This document shows positions 51,101 through 59,674 of a DNA stretch of 64,000 nt, one piece after another. This DNA comes from an uncultured Planctomycetota bacterium (GTDB taxonomy: Bacteria; Planctomycetota; Planctomycetia; Isosphaerales; Isosphaeraceae), in NCBI GenBank assembly GCA_963737655.1, contig CAVTTN010000002.1:6880001-6944000 (forward strand), read 5' to 3'. Numbering within the stretch: position 1 is the first letter of the stretch; every line of letters starts with the position of its first letter. The translations under genes were made by a program, and so were the position numbers. The notes under the pieces were generated by a model, which was given only the letters and a program-made list of their open reading frames with translations, searched no databases and was not told where the DNA came from.

Positions 51101-51680
51101 CGCCCAGATCCGCGACCACGTCTCGTTCGTGATCCGGGCCATCATCATCGGCGTGATCAACTGGCGGGATCACGTCCTGAGGGTCGGCGTGCCCGACATC
51201 CACGGCGGCAAGCCCTCGGAGATGCGGCTGGGGACCCGGCTCCATCGCGCCATCAAGTACGCCTGCGACACCGACCGCGTCCGCCGCTACCTCGTCCAGG
51301 CCGGCAACGATTGGGTCACCAACGCCTCGACCGGCGACTGGGCGTGCCTGTATGCCTCGGCCCGGATGACCTGGGAGCAGCTCAAGCCGGAGAGGGACGT
51401 GACCAAGGGCGAGGTCTCCTCGCCCCTGAGGAACTGCTACGAGAGCATCCTCTCGCTGGCGACCAACCGCCTGAATGCCACCGAGGAAGGCAAGCGCTGG
51501 TTCTCCGCGCTCCGCCCCGATCCGTTCGACCCGCCCCGGCCCGACGACCCGCCCGACCTGGACGTCCACGGCACCCTGGCGCAGAAGCTGATCCGCCGAT
51601 GCCTCCGCCGGCTCAACCCCGAGGTGCCGATCTACCAGATCTTCCCGGAGAAGCTCGGCGACCTCGCGCCGCCCGCCTGA
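48102..51680 (+). CDS. Tubulin/FtsZ-like GTPase (Tubulin_2-type) with long helical C-terminal extension, ~1190 aa
   Basis: TVFVALGGSG, FVFIDTD, HGAGTYRPMGRLAF, SLAGGTGAGMFIDVAY (tubulin signature), NAFAAFLEL, FSTFG. Confidence 0.9.
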   Translation: MTTSAVESRIHSLGGSAFREETLTRRVPTVFVALGGSGKDVVMRLRKRFFDRFQTKDPGFARFVFIDTDTQSTTPLEEKDDSYAELAPNQDELVDVPINPAQFEKTFHDLNAKVNCEHLSWLKLEMERITPQAVAHGAGTYRPMGRLAFYLNYTAIRATLEYQIEAALRFAAEDAANVDDSRVEVVILMSLAGGTGAGMFIDVAYLVKDILNQPRYQTLSGKNITLIGFLPGVFEDQKPLYERLQQNAFAAFLELEHYGTPRTGDELFLGDLRDPAGQSNQNWTGFRKNWGDGQVEFIRGPGWDTCFLIDNRNDLDPNAPLTRREVFQMAADYLFLDFENHAFAVAKRSARCNLVQFKDKVKETWVRRGDNGRPAAPSLIEGDSVYATQNGCRFSTFGVAEIFFDVERLYYVASYRLAARLLRQRWLGSAERFTQGVYTNWVKEDLLQPRARPDEETPPSFLPESMIRRMLTGANGCHLDELTRDFASLAEVRPSEGRQRLTQALRNHAVQLQEGQGRRGDRGPALQTLQESLTKLGGDPGTLGPLRKRLRELAASRCAGVGVNATLQLLDKYRDAIGKVRDRAREQTRPASPDDGRLLARLIEAESVPWPVRDKAIAIEFARARDQAAEAVKLRYEKHAAARLDELLQGISLYIGTAAQTPDPGLARHGTLYGHYTRGRTLFLALATRLEDRFEVSFLDGQPQPDGRGDRGQPSRASRRHSLSPNWDRATYDMRIVEALVGHPELHLAERTAEDEENFDWDKLTELVLQKLRALGRGQMDGVRNIDDLIKYYITNGLDDASGIVQAAEKLAEACRIVLHGAKDATGQHAGGFQLRDEGGGNAIDLLVRQDNWEELLDKMVKASMPYIQTTDPTRISSDFSPAYSNLYSQKQGDAAPSANNANRVYQKVRNLVAQRATNIPNPSARLLNPPLASENSTIILVREMTGFPLQFYAHLGQMKAAYDKTISRIGNLGNDVAHINFNEAGETLPDITLLDANTYAQIRDHVSFVIRAIIIGVINWRDHVLRVGVPDIHGGKPSEMRLGTRLHRAIKYACDTDRVRRYLVQAGNDWVTNASTGDWACLYASARMTWEQLKPERDVTKGEVSSPLRNCYESILSLATNRLNATEEGKRWFSALRPDPFDPPRPDDPPDLDVHGTLAQKLIRRCLRRLNPEVPIYQIFPEKLGDLAPPA

Positions 51681-51731
51681 TCGGACCCGGCCCGTCGCGA
51701 CGCCCCCCCTCCGACCGCGAGGATCGAGCCC

Positions 51732-54700
51732 ATGTGCGTGTGCCTGCCGCGCGTCCCGGCGGCCAGCTTCTGCAAGGACGACCTGTACTGCCCCCAGTGC
51801 GGCCGGGACGTGGCCTGGCTCGCCTCGACCCGGCACGAACTGCCCGACCCGGACGACCCCTCGGGCCGGAAGCTCCTGTGGGTCTACGCGCAAACCCGGC
51901 CCGACCTCGGCACCTACTTCGAGCTGCCGCTGGCCTACGAATCGCTCAACGAGAGCCACCGCAAGACCCAGCGCGACCTGATCCTCTCCGAGGAAGACTG
52001 CTCGGTCCGCGCCCGGAGGGACGTCCATGAGTTCACGCTCGAATTCCTCCCCGGGTCCGGCGGGCGAGACGTTCGATCGTCGTGCGACGGCCTGCGGTTC
52101 CGGCTCGACCCGACGCTCGTCCGCACCTACACCGACGACTGGACCACCGACGTCGAGCAGATGCCCGACTCGGGAATCCGCTGCGAGCTGACGCTCGTCG
52201 GCAACTGCGGCAAGAGGACGTTCGAGGTCCTCGCCCTGCCCGAGCCGGTGTGGGAAGCCCGGGTCCGCGATCCCGAGGGCCAGTATCTCCAGGACTACGT
52301 CCCCTCCTGGGAGGAAGACCCCGAGATCCAGCACGCCTGGGCCATCTCCCGGAGGGGTTGGCACGACCTGACCGTCGAAATCCACGTGACCCGATCGTTC
52401 CTCCGCCTCAGCGACGATGGTCCCCAGGCCGCCGGCTCCAACCCCTCGCTCACCGGGCTGGGGGAGGGCTTCGTCCCCACGGTCCATCCGCCGACGGGCC
52501 GCATCCTCGGCCCCGGTCGGGAGCCGTGCGTCCTGGGCCTCGGGTTCGACGCCCGGGACTGGAGCCACGGCGAGATGCGGGCCCTCCGCGCCAGCTTCTC
52601 GGCCGAGGTCTGGGGCTTCCTCGAAGTCGCCATCCACCTCTACATCCGGCCCCGGGGCGAGATCGGACTCCGCCCGGCCGACGAGTACCGCATCCCGCCG
52701 ATGCACTACGGCGAGGTCGCCCTGAGCAAGCCCGAGGGGGCCGCGGACCGCTCCGAGCCCCACTTCAACCACCTGAAGGTCTTCAACAGCGGCGACGAGG
52801 TGCTCCGGCTGCGCCGCCCCCAGATCATCGACAAGGACCCCGCATTCCCGGACTGGGTCCGCATCGACTGGGCCGAGAAGCAAGGCGACCTCGTCGAGAT
52901 CGCCCCCGGGGGGGAGCAGGGCCTGTTCCTCGCCGTCAAGATCGACCTCTCGGCGATCGACGCGGAGGCCGTCCCCGTCAGCAAGATGATGAATGCCCTG
53001 ATCCTCCTGGAGAACGTGGGCGAGGACCTGATCGTGGAGCGAAAGCTCTCCCTGGTCGTCACCGCAGTCTCGCGACGCAAGGCCCTCGGCGACGCCCTGG
53101 CCATCGACTTCGGCAACTCCAACAGCTACGCGGCGTTCATGGACGAGGATCGGCCGGTCCCGGTCCTGGGAGGGAGCAACCCGGAGGACTTCCCGACCGT
53201 CCTGCACTTCCCCGAGGCGCCTCGGCCCTCGTTGAGCAACGTCGAGATCGGCCGCGAGGCGATGGCCGAAGGCGAGAGGGCGCCCAGCAGCACCGTCCGC
53301 TGGCTCCTGAAGCGCTGGCTGATCGAGGACGACTGGAATGCCCCCTGTTCGATCAAGCCGCTGCGAGGCCCGCGGTTCGTCCGGTCCCGGCGCCAGCTGA
53401 TCGCCATGTTCCTGGAGAAGCTGATCCTGAAGTGTGAGGCGGCCCGCCGCAGCTACGTGACGAGGCTGGGCCTCTCCTACCCGGCCAACTTCGGCCCCCG
53501 GGCGCGGCGGAGGCTCGACCAGGTCATCGCCGAACTCCTGAAATGCCGGGAGGCCACCCACCCCGGCCTCGAGGGCCAGTTTCGCATCGAGAAAGTCTCG
53601 ACCCGGGACTCCACGCCCGACGAGGCCAGCGCCGTGGCGATCGAGTTCGTCCACAACGCCGACCGCTTCCGCTCCACGATCAAGGAGAGGCTCGGGCAGG
53701 ACGGCAAGTTCCTCGTCGCCTCGTTCGACTTCGGCGGAGGCTCCATCGACACGGCCCTCCTGCTGTTCACCCGGCTGCCGACGACCCTCCCGAAATTCCT
53801 CAGCCGACATCTCAGCCTCGGGGGCGATGAGCTGTTCGGCGGCGACAACGTGACGATCGCCGCCTTCCACCTGCTGCTCAAAGGGGTCCGCCAGGCGACG
53901 GCCGAGATCCTCCCGGCCGCGGAGTTCCCCGTCGAGGAGGCCCCCAACCACCTGGCCAGCGACACCGAGCCCTCGAACAACCACCAGAGGCTCCGCGTCC
54001 TGGCCGAGACCTTCAAGCGGTTCCTCTGCGAGTCCCACCGCACCGAGGCGCCGAAGGCGGCCCGCGGCGCCGCCCTGGAACGCCTGGACGTCGCCCTCCT
54101 GGATTTCTTCGAGAGGATCACGCTCCGCCCGAGGGCCGAGCCCGAGATCCTGCGGGCCCTCCGCGACCGGCTCCGGGAGACGGCCCTGAAGCTGACCCTG
54201 GACGACGTCTACGACCAGGAAGTCTTCCAGGACGCCGAGCGGCGGTATCCCTACACCGTTCGGGAGCGGGTGGAACGGTGCGTCCAGGAGCTGCGCAGGT
54301 TCGTCGAGGTCCAAAACCCCGACGTCCCGCCGACCTGCCCCCTGTTCCTCGTCCTGGCCGGGGCGGCGTGCCGTCTCCCCCTGGTCGGCCAGCTCCTGGC
54401 CCACGAGTTCCGCGACTGGCTGGAGCCTCGGGACGCCCCCCCCGAGGGCCAGGCCCCGGCCGAGCCGCGACGCCAGGCCTGGATCATCGACGACCCGACC
54501 CGCGACGGCTCCGCCCGGCCCAAGAGCAAGGTCGCCTTCGGCCTGAGCCGCTACCTCGACTACCGGGCCAAGACCCCGAGGCGGATCGAGGGCCTCAGCC
54601 GGGCCGGAGACTTCACCCACGGGCCGATCGTCTGGGACGGCGGTGGCGGCGACCGGGTCGAATGGGTCCCCACCTGCTCCCCCCTGATCGACGGCCCGTG

Positions 54701-55031
54701 GCACCCGCTCCCGGGGATTTCGCTCCTCGAATGCATGAACCTCAACGGCGAGATCGAAGTCTATCACCGGGCGTTCCGCCTCGAACGGATCGGCGTGTTC
54801 CGGCTCTCCAGGCCCGCCCCGGACCTGGGGGAAAGCCGGGCCCGGGCCCTTCCCGATCCGATCGACGAGACCGAGCCGAGCGAGGTGCTGCTGAAGGTCA
54901 ACGGCTCCGAGGACGTCCTCCTGCTCCGGGTCCACCTGGGTCGGGACGACTCCGGCCGGTGGAAGGAATTCGGCGACTGGGTCCTCGAACCCGACGACAA
55001 GGAAGCCCGGGCGCGCCCGGACCTCGGCTGA
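51732..55031 (+). CDS. Hsp70/actin-fold ATPase with N-terminal Zn ribbon and Ig-like region (non-DnaK)
   Basis: YCPQCG; AIDFGNSNS, LSYPANF, DEASAVA, SFDFGGGSID, GGDELFGGDNV, LAETFK, LVLAGAACRLPLV, PKSKVAFG. Confidence 0.85.
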   Translation: MCVCLPRVPAASFCKDDLYCPQCGRDVAWLASTRHELPDPDDPSGRKLLWVYAQTRPDLGTYFELPLAYESLNESHRKTQRDLILSEEDCSVRARRDVHEFTLEFLPGSGGRDVRSSCDGLRFRLDPTLVRTYTDDWTTDVEQMPDSGIRCELTLVGNCGKRTFEVLALPEPVWEARVRDPEGQYLQDYVPSWEEDPEIQHAWAISRRGWHDLTVEIHVTRSFLRLSDDGPQAAGSNPSLTGLGEGFVPTVHPPTGRILGPGREPCVLGLGFDARDWSHGEMRALRASFSAEVWGFLEVAIHLYIRPRGEIGLRPADEYRIPPMHYGEVALSKPEGAADRSEPHFNHLKVFNSGDEVLRLRRPQIIDKDPAFPDWVRIDWAEKQGDLVEIAPGGEQGLFLAVKIDLSAIDAEAVPVSKMMNALILLENVGEDLIVERKLSLVVTAVSRRKALGDALAIDFGNSNSYAAFMDEDRPVPVLGGSNPEDFPTVLHFPEAPRPSLSNVEIGREAMAEGERAPSSTVRWLLKRWLIEDDWNAPCSIKPLRGPRFVRSRRQLIAMFLEKLILKCEAARRSYVTRLGLSYPANFGPRARRRLDQVIAELLKCREATHPGLEGQFRIEKVSTRDSTPDEASAVAIEFVHNADRFRSTIKERLGQDGKFLVASFDFGGGSIDTALLLFTRLPTTLPKFLSRHLSLGGDELFGGDNVTIAAFHLLLKGVRQATAEILPAAEFPVEEAPNHLASDTEPSNNHQRLRVLAETFKRFLCESHRTEAPKAARGAALERLDVALLDFFERITLRPRAEPEILRALRDRLRETALKLTLDDVYDQEVFQDAERRYPYTVRERVERCVQELRRFVEVQNPDVPPTCPLFLVLAGAACRLPLVGQLLAHEFRDWLEPRDAPPEGQAPAEPRRQAWIIDDPTRDGSARPKSKVAFGLSRYLDYRAKTPRRIEGLSRAGDFTHGPIVWDGGGGDRVEWVPTCSPLIDGPWHPLPGISLLECMNLNGEIEVYHRAFRLERIGVFRLSRPAPDLGESRARALPDPIDETEPSEVLLKVNGSEDVLLLRVHLGRDDSGRWKEFGDWVLEPDDKEARARPDLG

Positions 55032-55067
55032 GGCCGGAGGCCCGTCGCCTCGATGCGGAGGAGAGCC

Positions 55068-56273
55068 ATGCGCGATGGAGCCGAGCTGTGCCTCTTCCTC
55101 GATCGGTGGCTGGCGACCCGGAGGCGGGACGCCTCGGTGGCCACGATCGCGGCCCGGATCGTCCCGTCGGCCCTGGCCCGGGGCGACGTGCCGGAACGGT
55201 TCGTCGCCGAGCTCCGCTCGCGCCTCGACGGGCTCAAGGGCCTGTTAACGGGCCTGGAGACCGACCGTTCCGCCCCCCTCGCCTCGGCCGGGGCCCGGCT
55301 CGCCCTGTGGGCCCGAGGCGCCCGCCAGCTCGTCGATCGGTGGGACGTCTCGGCCTGGTCCTCGTCGGCCCTGGACCTCTCCTCGGAGAAGAATCCCCTG
55401 ATGATCGCGGCCGTCTCGCAGAGCCTCCACGTCTCGGCCGAGACGCTCGGCGACGCCGCCCTGAAGGCCGGCCTCCGCCGTCTCCGCGAGGCCGATGAAC
55501 GCCCCTTCCGCTCCTTGCCCGTCCCTCCGGGGCCCGAGGCATCCTGGGATGCCGGCGACTATGTCTTCCCCGCGCTCGGTTCGAAGATCGCCGAGAAGGC
55601 CAGGGCCTTGCTCGGGAACGAGGCCGAACCGCCCGGGCTGGCCGAGCTCCTCGCCCTGATCGCCGAGGGCTGGCCGGTCCCTCGGACCCGGCTCCTGGCC
55701 GCCCTCCCGGGTCAGCCCGGCCGCGAGGCCGGTGACCAAGCCGATCGCCCCTCCGAGCCCGACCACCCCGGGACGCGAGTCAAGGCCCAGGGCGACGGAC
55801 CGGGGCCCGCCGGCGCCTTGCTCCGCGAGGCCCGGGACCGGATCGCCGAGCTGGCCCGATCTCTCGGGGCCTCGACCTCGGCGGCGGCCCGGGAGTTCAG
55901 CGTCCGAATGGCCGAGGCCCTGGCCCGGAACTCGGCCTCCACGACCGAGGGGCTGGGCCGGGAGTTGACCGCGATGCTGGCCGCCCTGGACGACCCGGCC
56001 GACGCCGCCCGCCCGCCTCGGTGGAGGCCCGAGACGCTCGCCGCCCTCGCCCGGATCGGCCAGGGGATCAAGCTCGGCGAGGTCCTCGACGACTCGCTCC
56101 TCGGCCAGCCCCTCCAGGCCTGGGCCCCGTTCGTCGCGGTCGTCGGGAACGACGAAAACCCCCTGGGCGGCGACGAGCGACGGATCAGCCACGTCGAGCG
56201 ACCGGGCTTCGCCGTGAAATTCTCCGACGGCCATCGTCAGCCCCTGGTCCGCGCCCACGTGCGGACCTCATGA
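55068..56273 (+). CDS. Helical protein with C-terminal GrpE-like beta-head
   Basis: RBS GGAGGAG; C-terminus ISHVERPGFAV.....PLVRAHVR resembles GrpE (I..V...GY......LR.A.V); follows the Hsp70-like gene. Confidence 0.6.
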   Translation: MRDGAELCLFLDRWLATRRRDASVATIAARIVPSALARGDVPERFVAELRSRLDGLKGLLTGLETDRSAPLASAGARLALWARGARQLVDRWDVSAWSSSALDLSSEKNPLMIAAVSQSLHVSAETLGDAALKAGLRRLREADERPFRSLPVPPGPEASWDAGDYVFPALGSKIAEKARALLGNEAEPPGLAELLALIAEGWPVPRTRLLAALPGQPGREAGDQADRPSEPDHPGTRVKAQGDGPGPAGALLREARDRIAELARSLGASTSAAAREFSVRMAEALARNSASTTEGLGRELTAMLAALDDPADAARPPRWRPETLAALARIGQGIKLGEVLDDSLLGQPLQAWAPFVAVVGNDENPLGGDERRISHVERPGFAVKFSDGHRQPLVRAHVRTS

Positions 56274-56296
56274 ACCGACCCGGGCCGGCCGAATCG

Positions 56297-59200
56297 CTAC
56301 TTCTTCGCCTTGAGGATCTCCACCGTCTGCACCGTCACATTATAGGTCTTCGAGAGGTCCAGAGCGTTAGAGGTCTTCGAGGGGTTCGGAAGGGGATAGA
56401 AGATCTCGATCTCTCCCAGGGACGGGGCGAAGCTCTCCCCGGGTGCGTCGAATTCGAGATCGAACGCAACGCCGGGCCCGCCGTTGGGCTTCGTCTGTTT
56501 GAGGGTCAACTTCGGGCCGAGCTTCGGATTCGGCGTCCCGGTCTTCGTGTCGTGGAACTTTTGCCCCTTCTTCATCCGGACCTGGACTTTCTCGGGGAGC
56601 AGGGTGCCCCGGGCCGTGGCGATGCGAATCTCCAGCTTCAAGGGATGCCCCTTGATCGGGAAGTATACGATGTCCCGGGGCAGGGGCTTGCCTCGGGCGT
56701 CGAGAACCTCCAGGTCATTGACCTCGACGACGGCCTTCCACGGCACGGACCTGGTCTCCTCGGCCATGAGGACGCCGTTTTCCAGCGTGTAGGTGCCGCA
56801 TTCGGCCTGGGTGGCATCGATGTCGATCGGCAGGAACCCGGGATTCGGTTGCGCCGTGGCTTCCAGGTGGAGTGAACGCTTCCGGGGCTCGAACCCGAGG
56901 GTCGAGACCGGGACGGCCGGGGCGCCCTCCTTCTCCCGGAACAGGAAACTCGGGTACGAAGGCAGCCCGGAGCGGTCATCCAGGAACCGGAGGCTGACGT
57001 CGCGGACGATCGCCGATTGGTCGGCCCTGGCGTATCGCTCGTCGCGCTTGAGATTGACCTGGATCTGCGCCGGTTGATGATCGAGGCCTTTCTGGACGCG
57101 GATCGTCCGGTCTTCGGGCTCGATGGGCTCAATGGTCGGGCCGCCGAGGTCCACCTCCACCTTCGCCGTCTTCGGGTCGAACTCGTAGTGGTCGGGGAAC
57201 CCGCTGATCTGGAGCTGAAATGAGTAGTAGCCCGGCTTGTACTTCGTGCTGGGCCGGAAGGCGACCTGAAAGGTTTCGGAAGAGGACTTCAGGTCGAGTT
57301 CCTTCGGCTTGCCCTTGGAGTCGTTCGGGTCGCCCTGGCGCCTCAGCCAGAGTTCCTCGGAGGGGGTGAAGCCGGCGGCCTCCTTGGGGATCACCACCTT
57401 CAGAGGGCCTGGATAGCCTTCGAGCTTGACCTGGAGGTCCTGGCTGTGGGCCGCCCGCCCGTCGGGCTCGGGGACGAGCGCGATCGGCGGCTCCCGGTTC
57501 AGGCTGACCTTCGGGGCGGTGGCCACGGACTTGAAATACACATAAAGCGGCGGAATCCGCGGCCCAGCCTGGGTGGGCGTGAACAGGAGCCACCCGCCGG
57601 AATACACGCCCTTCGGAACGGTCTTCGGCAGTCCCAGGCCGAAGCTCGACTCCAGATCGCGACCAACGATCGGTTTGAGCCGGAGGGCGGCGGGGAGTTT
57701 GTCCTGATTCTCGCCGCCTCCTCGGAGGGTCAGGTTCGCGGTCGTGGACACGATGCCGATGTCCTTGAGCTCCACGTTCCCCTGCTTCGGGGCGACCAAA
57801 AGGCTCGCCTGGAACTCCATCGGCGGCATGCCCTCGCGACCGAGCAACGGCTTCCGGCTGCTCCGAAGGACGGGCTTGAGCTTCACCGTCTCGCCGTCTC
57901 CGCCTCCCAATGAGCGCTCTCCCTTGGCCACGGCGATGGTCTGGCCATCCTTGACCTGCACCTCGGCGCCGTCCCAGTCCAGGACGTTATCAACCTCCAC
58001 GTCGACCGCCGGCAGTCGCAGCGAGTAGCCCCTCAGAGCCGACTTCTCGTACTTCGCGTCCGGCTTCCCCTTGGCCGTGACTCGGAATGAATAATGGTCG
58101 GTGTCGCCTCCCCGGCCCTTGAGCGTCGAGGGGTCGATCGTGCGGGTGAAGCTGTTCGTGGTGGCGTCGAAGGCCAACTCGACTCCCCCGACCAGGGTGG
58201 TGGGAGGCTTGTCCGGCTCCTCGGCCGTCTCGACGTTCAGCTTGAGCTCGAACATGTCGTCCGAGAATCCTGTGCCTTTCTGGTTCATGACGACCCTGAC
58301 CGTCAGGGGGACGTACCGGCTGATCGGCCCGTCGAATTTCAGGGGATCGAACAGCGGCCAGAGCGTCCGTTTCGAGAAATCCAGCCGGCGATCCCTGTCC
58401 GAGACCTGCCAGGACGTCTCGAGCCGATCGGGTAGGACCGCGCCCGGGGCCGGCGTGGGATCGGAGTATCGCATGAAGGAATAACTTAACTCGTCTTTCC
58501 GCGTGAATCGGTCCTTGATTTCGAGGCGGTCGCCCACCGCCCCGAACCACGTGATGACGAAGTCCCCGGGCGATCCTTCATAAGTTCTCGGCGGCTTTTC
58601 GGGGACGATCTTGTGGGCGATGACCCCCACGTCACGAATCCCTTTCATCCGGTCGGGTAGGGACTTCGCCGGGGTCCGGGCCGGGATCTCTTCCGTCCTG
58701 GTCCAGTAGCCCTTGAGTCCCCAGATCATGTCGCGGAACTTGTCGAAGAGGACCTGGTTGGTGGCGGCGGTCTCGAAGTGGCCGCCGGTCCATTCCGCGA
58801 TCCTCTTTAACAGATCATCGTCGAGATCGGTCCCCAGACCGAACGTGAAGACCTTGGTGTGGCGCTCGGAGAATTCCCGGCACTCGTCGATGAGCCACTT
58901 CTTGATTTTCGATTCTTTGAGGATCTCCGGGTACACGCCGTCCTTCGCCGCCATCGTGTCCCACGGGGCATCGAGTCCCACCGGCTTATTGGCGATGTCA
59001 TTCGGATAGCTTACTCGCGGCTGTCTTAGGGCGGATTCCTGACCGTCGGTCAGGAGGATGACGAAGCGGCTGCGATTCTCGCCGATGTCGAGACCCTCAA
59101 TTTTTTTCCTGGCGGTTTCCAGAGCCTTCAGGAGGGATGTTGCTCCGCTATCGGAGTTGCCGCCCTGGATGAACCCCTGCACCTTGTTGCGGACATCGTC

Positions 59201-59578
59201 GCCGGCCGCCGTGAGGCCCTTTGCGTCCCGGACCGGGACGAATTCGGCCGGGAGGTTCCCGAGGACGGCCTGGTTCGCCGTCCTCGCCGGGACCTGGTCG
59301 TTGAACGGGACGATCAGCAACCGATCATTCTCGCTCAGCAGGTCGATGGCCAGCAGGACGGCGTCCCAGCGGATGCGCTGGGGATCGTTCCCGTTCGGCG
59401 GCCCGTTGAGGTCGCCGTTGCTGTTGAACATGCTGGCGGAGACATCGACGAGGATCATGAGGTCGATCGGCTTGCCGCCCTCCTGGGCCTCGGCGGGCCG
59501 GGGCGGCGGGAAGGCCAGGAGACCGGCGGCGATCAGGGCCGTCGCCAGGCTCCGGGGGATCGGGGCGGTGCGGGGCAT
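56297..59578 (-). CDS. Large secreted vWA-domain protein with Ig-like repeats
   Basis: Signal peptide (AEA/Q); MIDAS DVSAS, GATS, ILLTDG, FTFGLG, LKRIAEWTGG. Confidence 0.88.
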   Translation of the reverse strand: MPRTAPIPRSLATALIAAGLLAFPPPRPAEAQEGGKPIDLMILVDVSASMFNSNGDLNGPPNGNDPQRIRWDAVLLAIDLLSENDRLLIVPFNDQVPARTANQAVLGNLPAEFVPVRDAKGLTAAGDDVRNKVQGFIQGGNSDSGATSLLKALETARKKIEGLDIGENRSRFVILLTDGQESALRQPRVSYPNDIANKPVGLDAPWDTMAAKDGVYPEILKESKIKKWLIDECREFSERHTKVFTFGLGTDLDDDLLKRIAEWTGGHFETAATNQVLFDKFRDMIWGLKGYWTRTEEIPARTPAKSLPDRMKGIRDVGVIAHKIVPEKPPRTYEGSPGDFVITWFGAVGDRLEIKDRFTRKDELSYSFMRYSDPTPAPGAVLPDRLETSWQVSDRDRRLDFSKRTLWPLFDPLKFDGPISRYVPLTVRVVMNQKGTGFSDDMFELKLNVETAEEPDKPPTTLVGGVELAFDATTNSFTRTIDPSTLKGRGGDTDHYSFRVTAKGKPDAKYEKSALRGYSLRLPAVDVEVDNVLDWDGAEVQVKDGQTIAVAKGERSLGGGDGETVKLKPVLRSSRKPLLGREGMPPMEFQASLLVAPKQGNVELKDIGIVSTTANLTLRGGGENQDKLPAALRLKPIVGRDLESSFGLGLPKTVPKGVYSGGWLLFTPTQAGPRIPPLYVYFKSVATAPKVSLNREPPIALVPEPDGRAAHSQDLQVKLEGYPGPLKVVIPKEAAGFTPSEELWLRRQGDPNDSKGKPKELDLKSSSETFQVAFRPSTKYKPGYYSFQLQISGFPDHYEFDPKTAKVEVDLGGPTIEPIEPEDRTIRVQKGLDHQPAQIQVNLKRDERYARADQSAIVRDVSLRFLDDRSGLPSYPSFLFREKEGAPAVPVSTLGFEPRKRSLHLEATAQPNPGFLPIDIDATQAECGTYTLENGVLMAEETRSVPWKAVVEVNDLEVLDARGKPLPRDIVYFPIKGHPLKLEIRIATARGTLLPEKVQVRMKKGQKFHDTKTGTPNPKLGPKLTLKQTKPNGGPGVAFDLEFDAPGESFAPSLGEIEIFYPLPNPSKTSNALDLSKTYNVTVQTVEILKAKK

Positions 59579-59674
59579 GGCGTTCGCCTCGTCGGTTCGG
59601 GGCTGGCATGAACATTCTTCGCAGGGCCGGCCCGGGCTAGCCCTGCGAGGTACGAAGAAACCCAGCCCGGATGC

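Noticed and set aside
48102..51680. Canonical ftsZ or btubA/B
   Set aside because: Three times too long, no dcw context, and motif spacing fits the Tubulin_2-type family
51732..56273. Housekeeping dnaK-grpE operon
   Set aside because: Divergent motifs, large N-terminal extension, no dnaJ/hrcA or CIRCE element seen
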